Source: Callorhinchus milii (lineage: Eukaryota). From it: a stretch of DNA of 64,000 bases. The stretch is from contig NW_024704743.1 in the NCBI RefSeq assembly GCF_018977255.1, positions 105,836,001 through 105,900,000 of the forward strand. Reading direction: 5' to 3'. The notes under the pieces are model-generated. The model made no database searches. It saw nothing but the letters and a program-made list of their open reading frames with translations, and was not told the DNA's origin. A program made the translations under genes and the position numbers. This document shows, piece after piece, positions 1-12,600 of the stretch; position 1 is the stretch's first letter; each line of letters starts with the position of its first letter.

Positions 1-80
1 GAAGCAGTGAAGTCTTATGTGTGGCATAAACACCAACTCATTGGGCCAAATAACCTGTTTCTGCACTAGCATTTCATGTA
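1..80 (+). mobile_element. CR1-clade LINE 3' tail remnant
   Basis: TTGGGCCAAATAACCTGTTTCTGCACT resembles the 3' end of the CR1 at 35609-35646 (GGGCCGAATGGCCTCTTTTTGTGTTGT). Confidence 0.5.
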
Positions 81-966
81 ACACATTTCATTCTAAAACC
101 TCGCTGCTCTAAAGCTTTTTGCGTACAAAACCAGTTGCTACATGTGAATAGTTACCGTGAAGCACTTTTGTGATGTTCCAACGTAATAAAAATGCAAGTT
201 CTTCACTTTTGATGTGGTAATGCAAAGAATGTTTCATTTGCAAGGACTGACAACTGGAAAGCTCTTTAATGAATTCCAACTGTGGAAGTTAGCACCAATT
301 TAAATTCCAAGAACATGGCATCTTTGCACATGAATGCAGAAGGTGGAATCGTTTTCTAAACTCTGACACAGCTAGACAAGCTTACTTGAAAGATGACTAT
401 CCTCCTTGGGGGGAAACAAGTGGGGGTGAATTTCCTTGAAGCTCGGCTGGGTCCATGGTGCTGTACTTTGTAATGGAATATCATAAAGTCAACCTTCCGG
501 GGTTTGGGTTCCTGAGCTAGGCAGGTCCACAGTACCTAGGATTTTGTACAATTTTGCAGAATTATAAATTTTAACACAAAATGCTCATCCCGGTAAGATT
601 AGTTGGAATTTAGAGCCTTATATTTCTCAGGCAGCAAACGATGCTGATAGAGGTAACAGAATGGAGGGAGGCAAGACAGCAACAGTCGGAGAATGTACTT
701 TACCAAGATATGCTCTTATTCTTTAAAAATTGCTACATAACGTGACCTAGAGCCTCGCTAGAAACCTAGTGTATGAATTCATACATTATTGCTGCAGAAT
801 GGTAAATGCTAATTTTAAAAGCTCAAAAGTATGGTGTTTCAGAGTATGGTGAATTCTCTCCTGGTTGCCTGAGGAATTATTCAGTGATTTGGAAGCTGCT
901 ACACAATTCAGCGGGGAAAGAATTCCTTGCGACTTTTCAAGGTATCTTGCTGCGGTTTCCTTCAGG

Positions 967-1490
967 ATAGGAACAGGGGGAGGTCATTCAGCCCTTCAAG
1001 CCTGTTTTGCCATTTAATGAGATCATGACTGATCTGTACCTCAACTAATCCTTTCAATTCAAATTTCCCGTTTTCTCCTGATATTCCTTAATACCCTGAC
1101 CTACCAAAAATCTATCAACCTCACTTTTGAAGATGTGGATGGATCCAGTATCCATGGCCTTTTGGGGGAGAGAATTCCAGATTTGTACCACCCTTTTTCA
1201 CTTTTTTTGAGTGAAAAAATGCTTCCTGATTTCACTCTTAAATGGCCTGGTTCTAATTTTAAGACTATGTCCCCTTGTTTTGGATTCCCCACCAGAGGAA
1301 ATAGCTTCTCTTTATCTACCCTATCGTATCCCTGTATCATCTTAAATACCTCAATCAAATCACCCCTCAACCTTCTAAACTCAAGGGAATACGATCCAAG
1401 TTTACGCGTAACAACCCTTTTAGGCCTGGTAACATTCTTGTTAGCCTGCGCTGCACACCCTCCAGGGCCAATATATTTTTCTTGAGGCTT
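967..1490 (-). mobile_element. CR1 LINE 3' fragment (ORF2 C-terminus plus 3' UTR)
   Basis: The ORF reads SLEFRRLRGDLIEVFKMIQGYDRVDKEKLFPL, a typical CR1 ORF2 C-terminus. It is frameshifted, with the tail at ~967. Confidence 0.9.
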
Positions 1491-2639
1491 ATGAGTGTGA
1501 TAACTTCTATTCAGAGGTTGCATTTTCATGGTTTAACTTCTTGCTCTCCACCTTGAATTTGGAACATTGCCTTATTTTAAGTAATTAGGTATTTTAGGAT
1601 AAAATTCAAACTTTTTTTTAATTTCTCTTTGTAATGTTCATTTCTTGTGTAAATTTGCTTGTTTTCATGTTGTTACCTGTGAAATTTAATAAAATACAAT
1701 TTACACTTCTATTGCTCCTTACATGTCGGGAGGATGTCGCAAAGCACTTGAAATGGAGTGCAAGTTGCAGGATAAATTTGGCAGATTGAGATCACCAACG
1801 GCACGGTATATTGAAAGACTAACTTTTACTTGATAACATCAGAAAGGTACTTTTCAGTTGAAGTATCTGTACAGTTGTTGGTTTAGAGTGCATCCCAGAA
1901 ATTGGTTACCATTGCTGATAACAGCTTGGCATTGACATTCTGTGAATAGTCAATAATCTTGCCCAGTCCTTTTCCTTTACTATCTTTGTTAATGAACTTC
2001 ACTTTGTTGTCAATGAATTTGTTATTTGTAATATTTGCTATGCCAGAGTGAATAACGTTAAAAGTAAATTGTCATTAACTGTTCTGGATCCATTGACATA
2101 ATAGTGCATGATATTTTCTTACATATGAATCAAACTAGAAGCAATACACATTTTATGGTATCCTTTCATCAAAGGTTTCTAAGCACATTAAGTGCTAAAA
2201 TCTTGCTGCGACCAGTAAATTATCATCTTATCATCTGCTATTTCTCTGAACTAAATGAGTGTTGTGCTTTTAACTATTTACGAATTATTAACTGGAAAAA
2301 TGCATAGTTTGGTAAAGTACATGTCCTGACTAGCTATCTTGCCTCCCTCCTTTATCGGTATCATTTGCTGTCTGAGAAATGCAAGACTTAAAATTGATGC
2401 CAGGTTTGTACAAAGAAACAAATGGTGAACATACTTTTTTTATAGCACCTTTCTGGTGTGGCAATATCACAAAGTACTTTACAGTAATTACAGTATTTCA
2501 AAGTACTTTACTGTCAAGTGATTTACTTTGGCACAAAAGGCAGCTATTTTGTGCACAGCCAGGTCTCACCAGATATCCATGATCTGAATGACCTAAATAA
2601 TCTGGATCACTGTGGGCTAGGATTTCAGAAGAAATTCCT

Positions 2640-2836
2640 TTAATAATACAAATAATCCCTATATAATCCTCCATTTTATATAACGCTTATCAAGTTGTAG
2701 TGACGTCTCAAAGTGTTTCATAGGATGATGACTATTGTATTTTTCAAGAAACGCCACAGCCAATTTGTGCATAACTATGTCCCACAAACAGCCATGAAGT
2801 GAATGATGAATTTTTATCTGGAGGGATTGTTGGCCC
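2640..2836 (-). mobile_element. Old DeuSINE 3' part
   Basis: TGTCCCACAAACAGCCATGAAGTGAATGA motif and degenerate tail. Confidence 0.75.
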
Positions 2837-3174
2837 TTCACTTTGGTTAAGAATTATCAATGACTTGGTTGATAAATGCAACATGGAACTAACCACGTTG
2901 ACCAGGCAGACAGCTACAACATAACAATTCTATATTTTAAAAGGACTTGGAGAAATATTGGAAGAGGAAGAAATATAAAAAGGTATTAGGAAATACCAGG
3001 AATTAGTGTAGTTAGCGCCAATGGATGAGTTTTATGTTGATGTATATAGGTTGTATGGCACAGAAACAGGCCATTTCAGTCCAACTATTCCGTACCAATG
3101 TTTATATTCCACCTGAGTTAGCACCACTAATGGGCCTATTGGCCCTCTGTGCAGTAATTTCTACCATTCTATCT

Positions 3175-3330
3175 GAAGTGTGATCTGCGGTCTGCGCTGA
3201 GTAAACCTCAGGAGGAGAAAAAGATCAATCGGTTTCCATTCCTTACTGACATCCTTTGAATATTTCAAAAAGTTTACCTGTGCAGATTTCAGGTGAGAAT
3301 AGGCTCGAGATTGGTTCTGATGTCCTTTCC
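3175..3330 (+). mobile_element. Very old SINE relic (LF-SINE-related type, recalled from sharks)
   Basis: Degenerate similarity to the reverse complement of 27820-28060 and 29765-29990. The family assignment is from memory only. Confidence 0.35.
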
Positions 3331-4001
3331 CCCCTCGCCCTCACCCACCATCTGTCTGTCCCTGATGAATAGCTTAACAAAGCTCAGACAAACACATGGA
3401 ATACCATCACTTGAGGGTGACTGATACCCGTAGAACTGAACTCCAGAGCAGGAGTAGAAGGAAGAAAAAGAAGCAAAAATAAAATTGATTGGCCTTATGA
3501 TTTGTCTCTGTTTTCTGAAATCGTTCTTCGAATTATACACGTGCAATGTGTTTTCTTAGTTTGGTGATTCTGCTGCGGTTATTGTCTTGTAAAAAGACTT
3601 TTTCCTTTTGGGATTAGAAGAATCTATGGTATGTTTATGTGCAGAAAATTATCAGCCTCAACAGCTTCGATTTAATTTCCTATGTTTGTTGAGACGTTCG
3701 CATAAGCAATAACAGATTTCTGCTTAACTGTTAGAGGGCTACCATAACAGGAAAGGCTGCTGCCAGGCTGCACAGCAGGTCGATGTTGCTGGTGTGTGTG
3801 CCACATGATGTCAGCTCTTGAAACCCATAATTGTGTGGCAATCATCCACTCGACTTTTGATTTGAGTTATTAAGACTTAAATCAAAAAAAGATATTTAAA
3901 AAATATTTTAACACCTCAAATTAAGGAATGTATATAGAACAACAAAACTGCATTCTCAAGAAGTAATATCAATACTATTTCTGGTGCTATGTATTGTCAC
4001 A

Positions 4002-4280
4002 ATAATTCTTGCATTGCATTTATGCCTTTCGTGTCAGGAGTAGGTCTCAAAGCACTTCAAAGGGTATACTGTAAAGTGTAGTACTTGTAGGTGAACATGA
4101 CAGTTAACTTGTGTACAGCAATGTCCCACAAACAGCCATGAAGCGAGTGATCAATTTTATTTGTGAGATTGTTAGTCAGGACACCGAGACAAACTCCCTT
4201 CCTTTCCAAACAGACCTATGGGATTTTTAACATCCATCTGAAAAGGCAGACGAGATCTCAGTTTAAAGTCTTATCCGATG
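4002..4280 (-). mobile_element. Old DeuSINE (SacSINE1/AmnSINE1-like)
   Basis: Tail, Deu motif CAGCAATGTCCCACAAACAGCCATG, and Nin-like GGGATTTTTAACATCCA. Confidence 0.8.
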
Positions 4281-4918
4281 GTCTATTTCTTGTGCTATGA
4301 TTCTCCATTTCTTAGCTTCCTTTTTTATTTATTTTGTTTGCCCTTTTCGCCGTGATCTCTTCTCATCATTCATTCAGTCCTTGTGCTTGTCAACAAAGTA
4401 TTGATTACGTCCAGTGTAACATTTACTACAAGGGTGCCTTAATTTAAAGGAGACTGAGACCATTCTAGTGGACCAATTTCACCTACAATGAGAATATGGA
4501 CAAAATTGGCTCATTACTCTCAAATGGATAGATTGACCGAAAATGTGAAAGGGCAAGTTTCCATTACAGCCACCAATGTTAGTGTTGTCTTTTATTTATT
4601 AAAGGCCTGATCCTAACACATAGAGGAGACAACGGGCATCATTTCTGCCATGTTATTTCTGTGGCACACTTCAATGTTGCAATGTCTTTGCACCTTTTTT
4701 TACAGAATGTTTATGGTGGTGAAGTATTTGGTTTGTGATGCCATTGCATGGTTTAATGTCTTTTTTTAATCCTTTGGCAAAAATGTTACCAAAATGTTTT
4801 AGTTTACTTGCCAGATACTTATAGTGTTTTCTCTCCACTTCTTTGCTTGTAAGTTTGTCATCCTTTTACAAGGAATGCATATTATTCTGTTTGTTGTTAA
4901 ATTATTTTAGATTTTGAA

Positions 4919-5725
4919 ACAACAACAACAACAAGATTCCATTTATAAAGCGCCTTTCACGTCAGGAGGACGTCCCAAGGCGCTGCACAGTTGGGTCATG
5001 ACCCGAGCAGGGGGGAAAAGGTCAGGGTGAGGGGAGGGAAGGGAGGGAGCGAGGAGGGGGAAGAGAGTCGAGAGGGGAGCTGAAGACTCGGTCAAAGAGA
5101 AAGGTTTTGAGACCGGCCTTGAAGGAGGAAAGGGAGGAAGCGGCGAAGGCACTGGGGGATGGAGTTCCAGAGCCTGGGGGCTGAGAGGCTGAAGGCCCGA
5201 CCACCGATGGTAGGGCGGTTGGGGCGGGGGACGTGGAGCAGACCGGAGCCAGAGGACCGGAGGGTACGCGCAGGTAGGTAGGGGGATAGTAGGTCGGAGA
5301 GGTAGGAGGGAGCAAGGCCGTGAATGGCCTTGTAGGTGAGGATGAGGATCTTGAAATCAATCCTCTGGGGGATGGGGAGCCAGTGGAGGCGAGCGAGGGT
5401 GGGAGTGATGTGATCGCGAAGCCTGGTGCGGGACAGTACACGAGCTGCAGAGTTCTGATTGACCTGCAGCTTGTGGAGGGAGGTGGCGGGAAGGCCGGCG
5501 AGGAGAGAGTTCCCATAGTCCAGCCTTGAGGTGACAAAGGCGTGAACTAGGGTTTCAGCAGCGTGAGGGGTGAGGTAGTGCCGTAGTCTGGCGATGTTCC
5601 GGAGGTGATGGAAGGCGGTGTCAGTTGTGGTGCGGATGTGAGGGAGAAAGGACAGCTCAGGGTCGAACAAAACGCCGAGGTTCCTGATTGGCTTTGCGAG
5701 GTGGAGAGTGCAGCCTTGGATGCTG
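4919..5725 (-). mobile_element. Young 5'-truncated L2 LINE (ORF2 C-terminus, 3' UTR, (TTG)n tail)
   Basis: RNLGVLFDPELSF...HAFVTSRLDYGNSLLAGLP...LHWLP..RIDFKIL; GC- and CpG-rich; one frameshift near 5140; (AAC)n at 4919. Confidence 0.95.
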
Positions 5726-5738
5726 AAAGTGTACATTT

Positions 5739-6070
5739 ACAACAATACAATACAAATTTACATTTATATAGCACCTTTCACATTGGAAAGACATCCCAAG
5801 ATGCTGGATAGTTCAAGTTTTGCACCCGAATTGGGGGTGGGGACCGAGTAGATGGGAGGATGAGGGGTTTGGAGGTGGGCGGGGGGGGGGGGGAGGCAGG
5901 GAGATGGCTGAAAGCGTGGTCAAACAGGAAGGTCTTCAGGCAGACTTTGAATGAGGTGAGGAACTCCAGGATAGAGTTCCAGAGAATGGGGCAGGTATGC
6001 TGAAAGCTCAACTGCCAATAAAGGGGTGAGGGACTATGAAGCAGGCTGGTGCCAGCTGAGCGGAAAGAGT
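5739..6070 (-). mobile_element. Older L2 3' fragment
   Basis: LWNSI...FKVCLKTFLFD and an L2 tail stem-loop. Confidence 0.8.
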
Positions 6071-6139
6071 GGCTGGCCAACATACAATGATGTATTTACA
6101 GGAAACAAAGAATTAGATGTGTTGCCTTCCAAAGGTTGG

Positions 6140-6312
6140 CAAATAAAATTGGTCATTCGCTTCATAGCTGTTTATGAGACAACGCTGTGCACAAATTGGT
6201 TGCCACATTTGTCTGCAATTATAGTTACTACACTTAACAGTAGCAGTTCTGTGCAGCCCTATGAGGTATCTTGATGACACGATAAGCTGCTATATCTAAA
6301 GCACCGGTTATT
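6140..6312 (+). mobile_element. Old DeuSINE 3' part
   Basis: AAATTGGTCATTCGCTTCATAGCTGTTT...GCTGTGCACAAATTGG. Confidence 0.7.
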
Positions 6313-6754
6313 ACATTTACTGACAAGTGGAGAATCATCCCAATGTGAAATGAATATAAGAATAAATCAGCACTTTCGTGGATGATAGATCGAAATGTGC
6401 TGGATCTTTAATATAAGGAAACAATTATCTCAATCCATATCGAACGTCATCTCATATCCCTCACTTATTTTACTCATTTACTCAAGCACTCAGGGACGCT
6501 AACCCATTTGCAGGGTGCTATATAAATGCAAGTTGTTGTTGTAATCCAGGTCTAGCATCTTTACACTGAATAATTGTTTCAAGGATTGTTATGGCTCTTA
6601 GCTCATCCAGACCATCTTAATTTTGACAAGAAATTGATATTTAAATGATAAAACAATAACTTGTATTTATGTAGCACCCTTCAATGTCTCAGAGGGCTCT
6701 TCACTGCTCTTTATATGAAGAGGAGTCTATGAGTACAAGGTGGCTATCAAACAG

Positions 6755-8633
6755 TCCATCACCTCAGGCTCCTCTGCCCACTACTGGCTGATGTCATCAA
6801 CCAGTCCCTCTCCTCTGGATCAGTCCCTGCCCCCTCAAAACTGCTGTCATCACCCACCTCCTCAAAAAACCTTCCCTAGATCCCTCAAACCCCAGCCACT
6901 ACCGCCCTATTTCAAACTTGCCCTTTCTCGCTAAAGTCCTAGAACGCATTGTTGCCAATCAACTTCGCTCACACCTCTCCTCCCACTCCCTCTTCAAACC
7001 CCTTCAGTCCGGTTTCCGCCCTGCCCACAGTACAGAGACTGCGTTTGTGAAAGTCTCAAACGACATCCTCTCTATTTGTGACCAGGGCTCCCTCTGCCTC
7101 CTTGTCCTCCTGGACGTCTCCACCACTTTCGACATAGTCGCTCATGCCATCCTCCTCCACCGCCTTTCCTCCGTCATCCACCTCAGTCGGACTGCATTGC
7201 CTGGTTTGAGTCCTACTCACGAACCGCCAGCAGTACATCTGCACAAACGATCTCACCGGGTTACCTGCGGGGTACCCCAAGGATCCATCCTTGGCCCCGT
7301 CCTCTTCCTAATCTATATGCTCCCTCTTGAGGAGGGAGTGGAGTCCTGTAGCTCAGTGGTTAGAGCACTCTCTTTGCAAGCGAGAGACCTGAGTTCAATT
7401 CCAGGCAGGGCGAAACCTTGGGCAAGTTTCCTTACTCCACACGCCTAATAATAATCCCTCCAAAACAAAAAACAATAATAAATTGGTCATTTTCAATCTA
7501 CGACTGTTTGTGGGACATTGCTGTGCGCAATTGGCTGCCGCGTTCGCCCACAAATATACAGTCAATTCACTTTACAGTGTGTTCTGTGAAGCGCTTTGGG
7601 ACGTCCTCCCGACGTGAAAAGCGCTATATCAAATGCAAGGATTATTATTATTATTATTGAGGAAGTCATCCGCAGACATGGGGTACACTTCCACATGTAT
7701 GCGGATGACACCCAACTCTATTTTTCCACCTCACGTTGTGACCTCCAGCCCCTGAGGTTCTGTTAGCCTGCCTGTCAGACATCAGGAGCTGGATGAGCAT
7801 GAATTTCCTTCAGCTAAATGTTGACAAGATGGAAATCATACCTTTTAGTTCTCGTCAACGTCTTAAATCGAATGGTTCTCACCTCCTCCACCTACCTGAC
7901 CTTCCCATAAAACTCTCTGAACCCGTACTCAACCTAGGCGTCAGGTTCGACCCCCAATTATTCTTCCTCCCCCACATCCAGTCCCTCACCAGCACCGCTT
8001 TCTTCCACCTCTGACGCATCGCCCGTCTCCGCCAATACCTCACCCCAAAAGCCGCCGAAACCCTGGTCCATGCCTTTGTCACCTCTCGGCTGGACTATTC
8101 AAATGCCCTCCTCACCGATCTCCCCTCCACTACCATTCATAAAATCCAGGTCATCCCGAATTCTGCCGCCTGCATTCTTACCCGCACCAAACTCCGCTCC
8201 CCGATTACCCCAGTCCTTGCCAGACTGCACTGGCTGCCTGTCCCAGAGAGGATCGACTTCAAGATCCTTACTCTTGTCTTCAAATCCCTCTGCTCCTTTG
8301 CACCCACCTACCTCTCTGACCTCCTCTCTCCTCACAACAGTGCCCGTTGCCTTCGTTCCAACGGGTCTGGCCTCCTCCTTGTCCCCCGAATACTCAGCTT
8401 CACCATTGGCGGCCGTGCCTTCAGCCACTATGCTCCAAGGCTCTGGAATTCCTTTCCTCACTCCCTTCACCTCGCCCCCTCTCTTCCTATTTTCAGGTCT
8501 CGGCTGAAGACCTTTCTTTTTGACCGTCACCTTCCTCCCCCTCCCCCTGGCTCAGCCCCAGGATCCTTTACTATGAAGTGCTCTGAGACGCCGCCCGGCG
8601 TGAAGGGCGCTATATAAATCCAAGTTGTTGTTG
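6755..8633 (+). mobile_element. L2 LINE, 5'-truncated, RT domain to tail; interrupted by a SINE
   Basis: YRPISNLPFLAKVLE, QSGFRPAHSTETA, GVPQGSILGP, YADDTQLY (~7698), LHWLP; stops and frameshifts; (TTG)n tail. Confidence 0.95.
7338..7656 (+). mobile_element. Young tRNA-derived SINE, short subfamily, full length, nested in L2
   Basis: tRNA head with A and B boxes, CCTTGGGCAAGT, Deu-like segment, (ATT)n tail; TSD TTGAGGA at 7327-7333 and 7657-7663. Confidence 0.95.
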
Positions 8634-9314
8634 TAAAAGTAAAAACGTCTTCTGCTGAGCAAAATATAAACTGCTGCTCTATACTGTCGTGGTTACCATA
8701 ACAACTGCTTTCACAAATTGAATCCCATCATTAAATAGTTCTGGTTAACGTCTGTAATTCTGCTGAGTTTTTCCGACTACATTTTAAAGTACATCCTGTG
8801 AATTACTTTAAGACGTCCTCTCCAACGTGAAAGGCACTAATTCAAATGCAAGGATTATTCTTTTTTAAATTTATATAATTTTATACTGAAGTGATCATTA
8901 TACAAGAAACATATTATGAAATGGTGTAAATTTCACCCAATATGTTTGTTCTGTAAAATAAGGTGAATTTTAAAGAACTGCGGTTCTGATTGGAGGATAG
9001 GCATGGTCTGTCCTGCAGATTTCACAGTGTGATTTGTATTCTGCATATAGAAAAATGCAAAGGGTGGGTATAGGTTCCCTAAACCAACTATGCCTTCCAA
9101 TGGAGATAAATCTACACTTTGGTCAAGAAATAGACAATAAATGGAAATTCAGGATCAGGAAACTTAAGGAGAGTCTAATCCATGTCCTCTAACTGAGAAT
9201 AGTGCTCCACCTCCTGCAAATCTACTGTGGGAGAAAGATCTGCCCTGTAAGATCCAGTAACTCAGAAATGAACTCCTACCTTGGTTCTGCTTTAATTATA
9301 ATAATAATAATAAT

Positions 9315-9670
9315 AAACTTTTCATGTCAGGAGTATATCTTAAAGGGCTTCACAGAATCCACTGTAAAGTGTAGTGATTGTGCATATTTATAAGTAAATG
9401 CAGCACACAATTTGCACACTGCAATGTCTTCAAAGAGCCATGTAGTAGTGATCAATTCTATTTGAGGGATTCCAGGTCAAGACACCAGAAGAACCCTCCT
9501 TCTCCTTTCATATTGTGCCATGGGATCTTTAATGTTCACCTGAACAGGCAGACAAGACCTTGGTTTAATGTCTCAAGTAAAGGATTGCGTCTTCAATACA
9601 GCACATCCCCAGCACTGCAACTGAGTGTCAGTATTGACTGTATGAGTTCCAAGTCCTGATGTGCGGGTTT
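9315..9670 (-). mobile_element. Old DeuSINE
   Basis: GCCATGGGATCTTTAATGTTCACCTGAACAGGCAGAC and a Deu segment. Confidence 0.75.
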
Positions 9671-10274
9671 GTGATTCCTCTAGGGATTTCATTGAACACA
9701 AAGTCATTCATGTCTTGACGGTATTATATTTCTTAGCTGGATATTTTGTGAAAGTCATGCCAATGTTCTAACATCTTGGCTCAAGAAACTAAGGATGGGA
9801 AGTTTGTATATTTATAATCTCCATCACAGTTTATAAATGTCTCACTGCTTACTGCGGAGCATTTATGGGGAAAACCGCAGTACATCACCTTAGCAGCTTT
9901 TGTCGAAAAGTCACTGGGATCCACAGTCTTTCCTCTCTGGAGATTCAAGTACAAATATAGTCCCAAAAAAGGCAGATGAAGATTTCCTCCCTTTTTCTGA
10001 TAGTACTTTGTGTTAACAAATAACTTCAAGCAGTCTCGACTTGTCCTCACTTATCATTCTGTCTTAAGATCAGACAAGGAGAAATTAATGACACATTGCA
10101 AAACAAACAATTTTGACATTGGAATTCGCCTCTCCTTTGAATTGCGTCAGTATTTTAATATAGACAAATGTGAAAATAGAAACACGTGTATCCGGCGAAG
10201 AGGTATCTCTTCGGAAAAGTGGAAAAGGAACAAGATTTGGGAGTGATTATTGATCATTCAAAGCGAAATTGACC

Positions 10275-10545
10275 AGTCTAGGCTGACACTCCAGTGCAGT
10301 GCTATTGGAGTGTGCCGCTTTATCAGTGGTGCCTTGGGATGAAAAGAGAAGGAAGTTCCTTCTGGTGTCCTCGCCAACAATTTGCAGATAAATTAGTCAT
10401 TCACCTCAAGGATGTTTGTGGGACCTTGTACAGTAGAAATTGGCTTCTGCATCTGCTTATATAAATAATAACTACATTTGCCAGTAATTTTGTGTTGAAC
10501 ACTTTGAGACATTTTGACCTGATAGGACAGTGTAGAAATGCAAGT
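10275..10545 (+). mobile_element. Old DeuSINE
   Basis: TCTAGGCTGACACTCCAGTGCAGT...GGTGTCCTCGCCAACA...tail. Confidence 0.7.
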
Positions 10546-10664
10546 TCTTTTTAATTAAACACTGCAGCTGTTATTTTAAACACAGTTTGTTTAAAATGAA
10601 GAAGTACACTTTGAGATGGGATTTGAAGACACAGGTGGCAAGAGGGAGAGAGGGAGTTCACTTT

Positions 10665-10895
10665 TCAGTGCCTTGAGATGTCCTCCTGATGTGAATGGTG
10701 CTATATAAATTTAATTTGTTGTTGTTGTACCAGAGATTTGGGGTGCAGAACCTGCACAGAGAGGACTCAGTGAGCTTGAGTTAGCTAAGCGGAGGAAGTG
10801 AGCAGAGGAAGGAGATAGGAGAAGATCAGAGAGATAGGGAGGTGCTTGGGTGTGAAGGGATTTATAGGTCAAGATAAGGACCTTGAAATTGATTC
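10665..10895. mobile_element. L2 remnants (plus-strand tail followed by a minus-strand ORF2 piece)
   Basis: Tail stem-loop and (TTG)n at 10665-10728; 10740-10895 resembles 5240-5360. Confidence 0.65.
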
Positions 10896-11184
10896 AACCA
10901 GGAGGTACGACCCTTTCACAGAATGTCACACAGATATTGATGTAATTCACTGAGCCTGAAGAAAGGGATATGGCAATTCTAATATCCAACATTAGGTGGC
11001 GACCTTATTCAGGAAATCTCAAAAAGTTAAACCCAGCAAAACGATTCTGTTCAGTTCATGGTTGAATGTGAATTTTCAAAAATATAATCACATTGTAGAT
11101 TAATGTGTGAGTCCAATAAAAGCTTTGAATATTAAATCTGAAGACTCAAAATTTAAAATTTTAATTTAAAGCTAAATTCACTTC

Positions 11185-11536
11185 CAGCCTCGATTAATCC
11201 AATGCCTTCTTTGCCGATCTCCCCTATCTACAAAATTCAATGAATTAAGAACTCATGTACTCACCAGCAGCAAACTGCTTACTCCATCAAACCAGTCATT
11301 GAGACTAACCAGCTTTGTTTTCAGCCACGATGCCCAGGAACTTTGGAACGCTCTCCCTCAATCTTTCCACCTTGCCTCATTCTTCCCCATTTTCAGATCA
11401 TGCCCGAAGAAGTTTCTCTTTGACAATGCCTACATCCCCTCTCCCCGGCTCGGCATCAGGCTCCGCCACTGTTAATGGCTCTGAGACCCTACCCTGGGTG
11501 AAGGGCTCTATATAAATGCAAATTGTTGTTGTTGTT
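11185..11536 (+). mobile_element. L2 3' fragment
   Basis: Similar to 8080-8633; ends AAATGCAAATTGTTGTTGTTG. Confidence 0.75.
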
Positions 11537-11933
11537 TAATGCAGTGTAGCAGAGGTCAATGCAACTCAAGATAAATAGTCGCGACCACTTTCACATACCC
11601 GAACAATGCAACCAGCATTTTATTCTAACTTACAGCAACAAAACTGAAAAATAAACTTAATTAGTTTAGCCATTAATGTTACATTCATGTACAATTTAAT
11701 CTAATGCACTACCCTTTAGCTTACCTGTTTTTTTAAGGACACAAATAGCCATGTAGCTGATCATTATGTAATTTTCTTGGTCTAAGTTGTACTTTGACTT
11801 ATAATTATAATTTGTCTTGTGGCTATGTCAGCAACTGTGTAATATACAGATTTATACATTAAATACCAGAGAATATGGTAAGTAAAAATTCTGTTGGATT
11901 GGCACTTGGTACTTATTTACCTATTTACTTAAT

Positions 11934-12242
11934 GGAGTCCTGTAGCTCAGTGGTTAGAGCACTCGCCTTGCAAGCGAGAGACCTGGGTTCAATTCCAGGC
12001 AGGGCGAAACCTTGGGCAAGTTTCCTTACGCCACACGCCTAATAATAATCCCTCCAAAACAAAACAATAATAAATTGGTCATTTTCAATCCATGACTGTT
12101 TGTGGGACACTGCTGTGCGCAATCAGCTGTCGCGTTTCGCCCACAAATATACTGTCAATTCACTTTACAGTCTATTCTGTGAAGCAGACGTCTAGAAGAC
12201 GTGAAAAGCGCTATATCAAATGCAAGGATTATTATTATTATT
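11934..12242 (+). mobile_element. Young tRNA-derived SINE, short subfamily, full length
   Basis: Near-intact cloverleaf head (anticodon-like TGC at 11969-11971) and (ATT)n tail. Confidence 0.95.
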
Positions 12243-12339
12243 TCTGCACCTATAACGTGGGCTTTTAATTTGTAAAATTGGACAGATTGTTACATTTAGA
12301 GCAATATTTAAAGAAAAATTAAATTGAGATTATTTAATT

Positions 12340-12600
12340 TGCCTGTTCAGGTGGACATTAAAGATCCTATGGCATTATTGAAAAGGTAATGGAGTCCTGG
12401 TGCCCTGGCCAATAATCCCCCAAATAAAATTGGTCATTCAATCCATGGCTGTTTGTGGAACATTGCCGTGCGCGAATTGACTACTGTGTTCACTTACAAG
12501 TTCACAGACACTAACCTTTACAGTAGATCCTGTATAATCATTTTGAGATATTTCAACAATGTGATAAGGCACTATGTTAAATGCAAGGCTTGTTATTATT
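12340..12600 (+). mobile_element. Old DeuSINE
   Basis: CCTGTTCAGGTGGACATTAAAGATCC...GGCTGTTTGTGG...tail. Confidence 0.8.

Noticed and set aside
631..652. 22-bp micro-exon candidate
   Set aside because: Weak donor (GTAACA); expected by chance in 64 kb
5092..5736. Longest ORF (214 aa) as a host gene
   Set aside because: It is a 5'-truncated, frameshifted L2 ORF2 C-terminus
7418..7660. Recurrent ~80-aa ORF family (MGKFPYSTRL...KCKDYYYY)
   Set aside because: Translation of SINE copies; the starts are non-ATG and the poly-Tyr comes from the (ATT)n tail
8692..8705. RFX X-box-like GTTACCATAACAAC
   Set aside because: A single imperfect motif with no supporting context
11936..12006. tRNA-Ala(TGC)-like cloverleaf
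   Set aside because: It is the head of a multicopy SINE, running into body and tail with no terminator immediately after it. It has U3:G70 rather than the alanine identity pair G3:U70, and mismatches at 1:72 and in the T-stem
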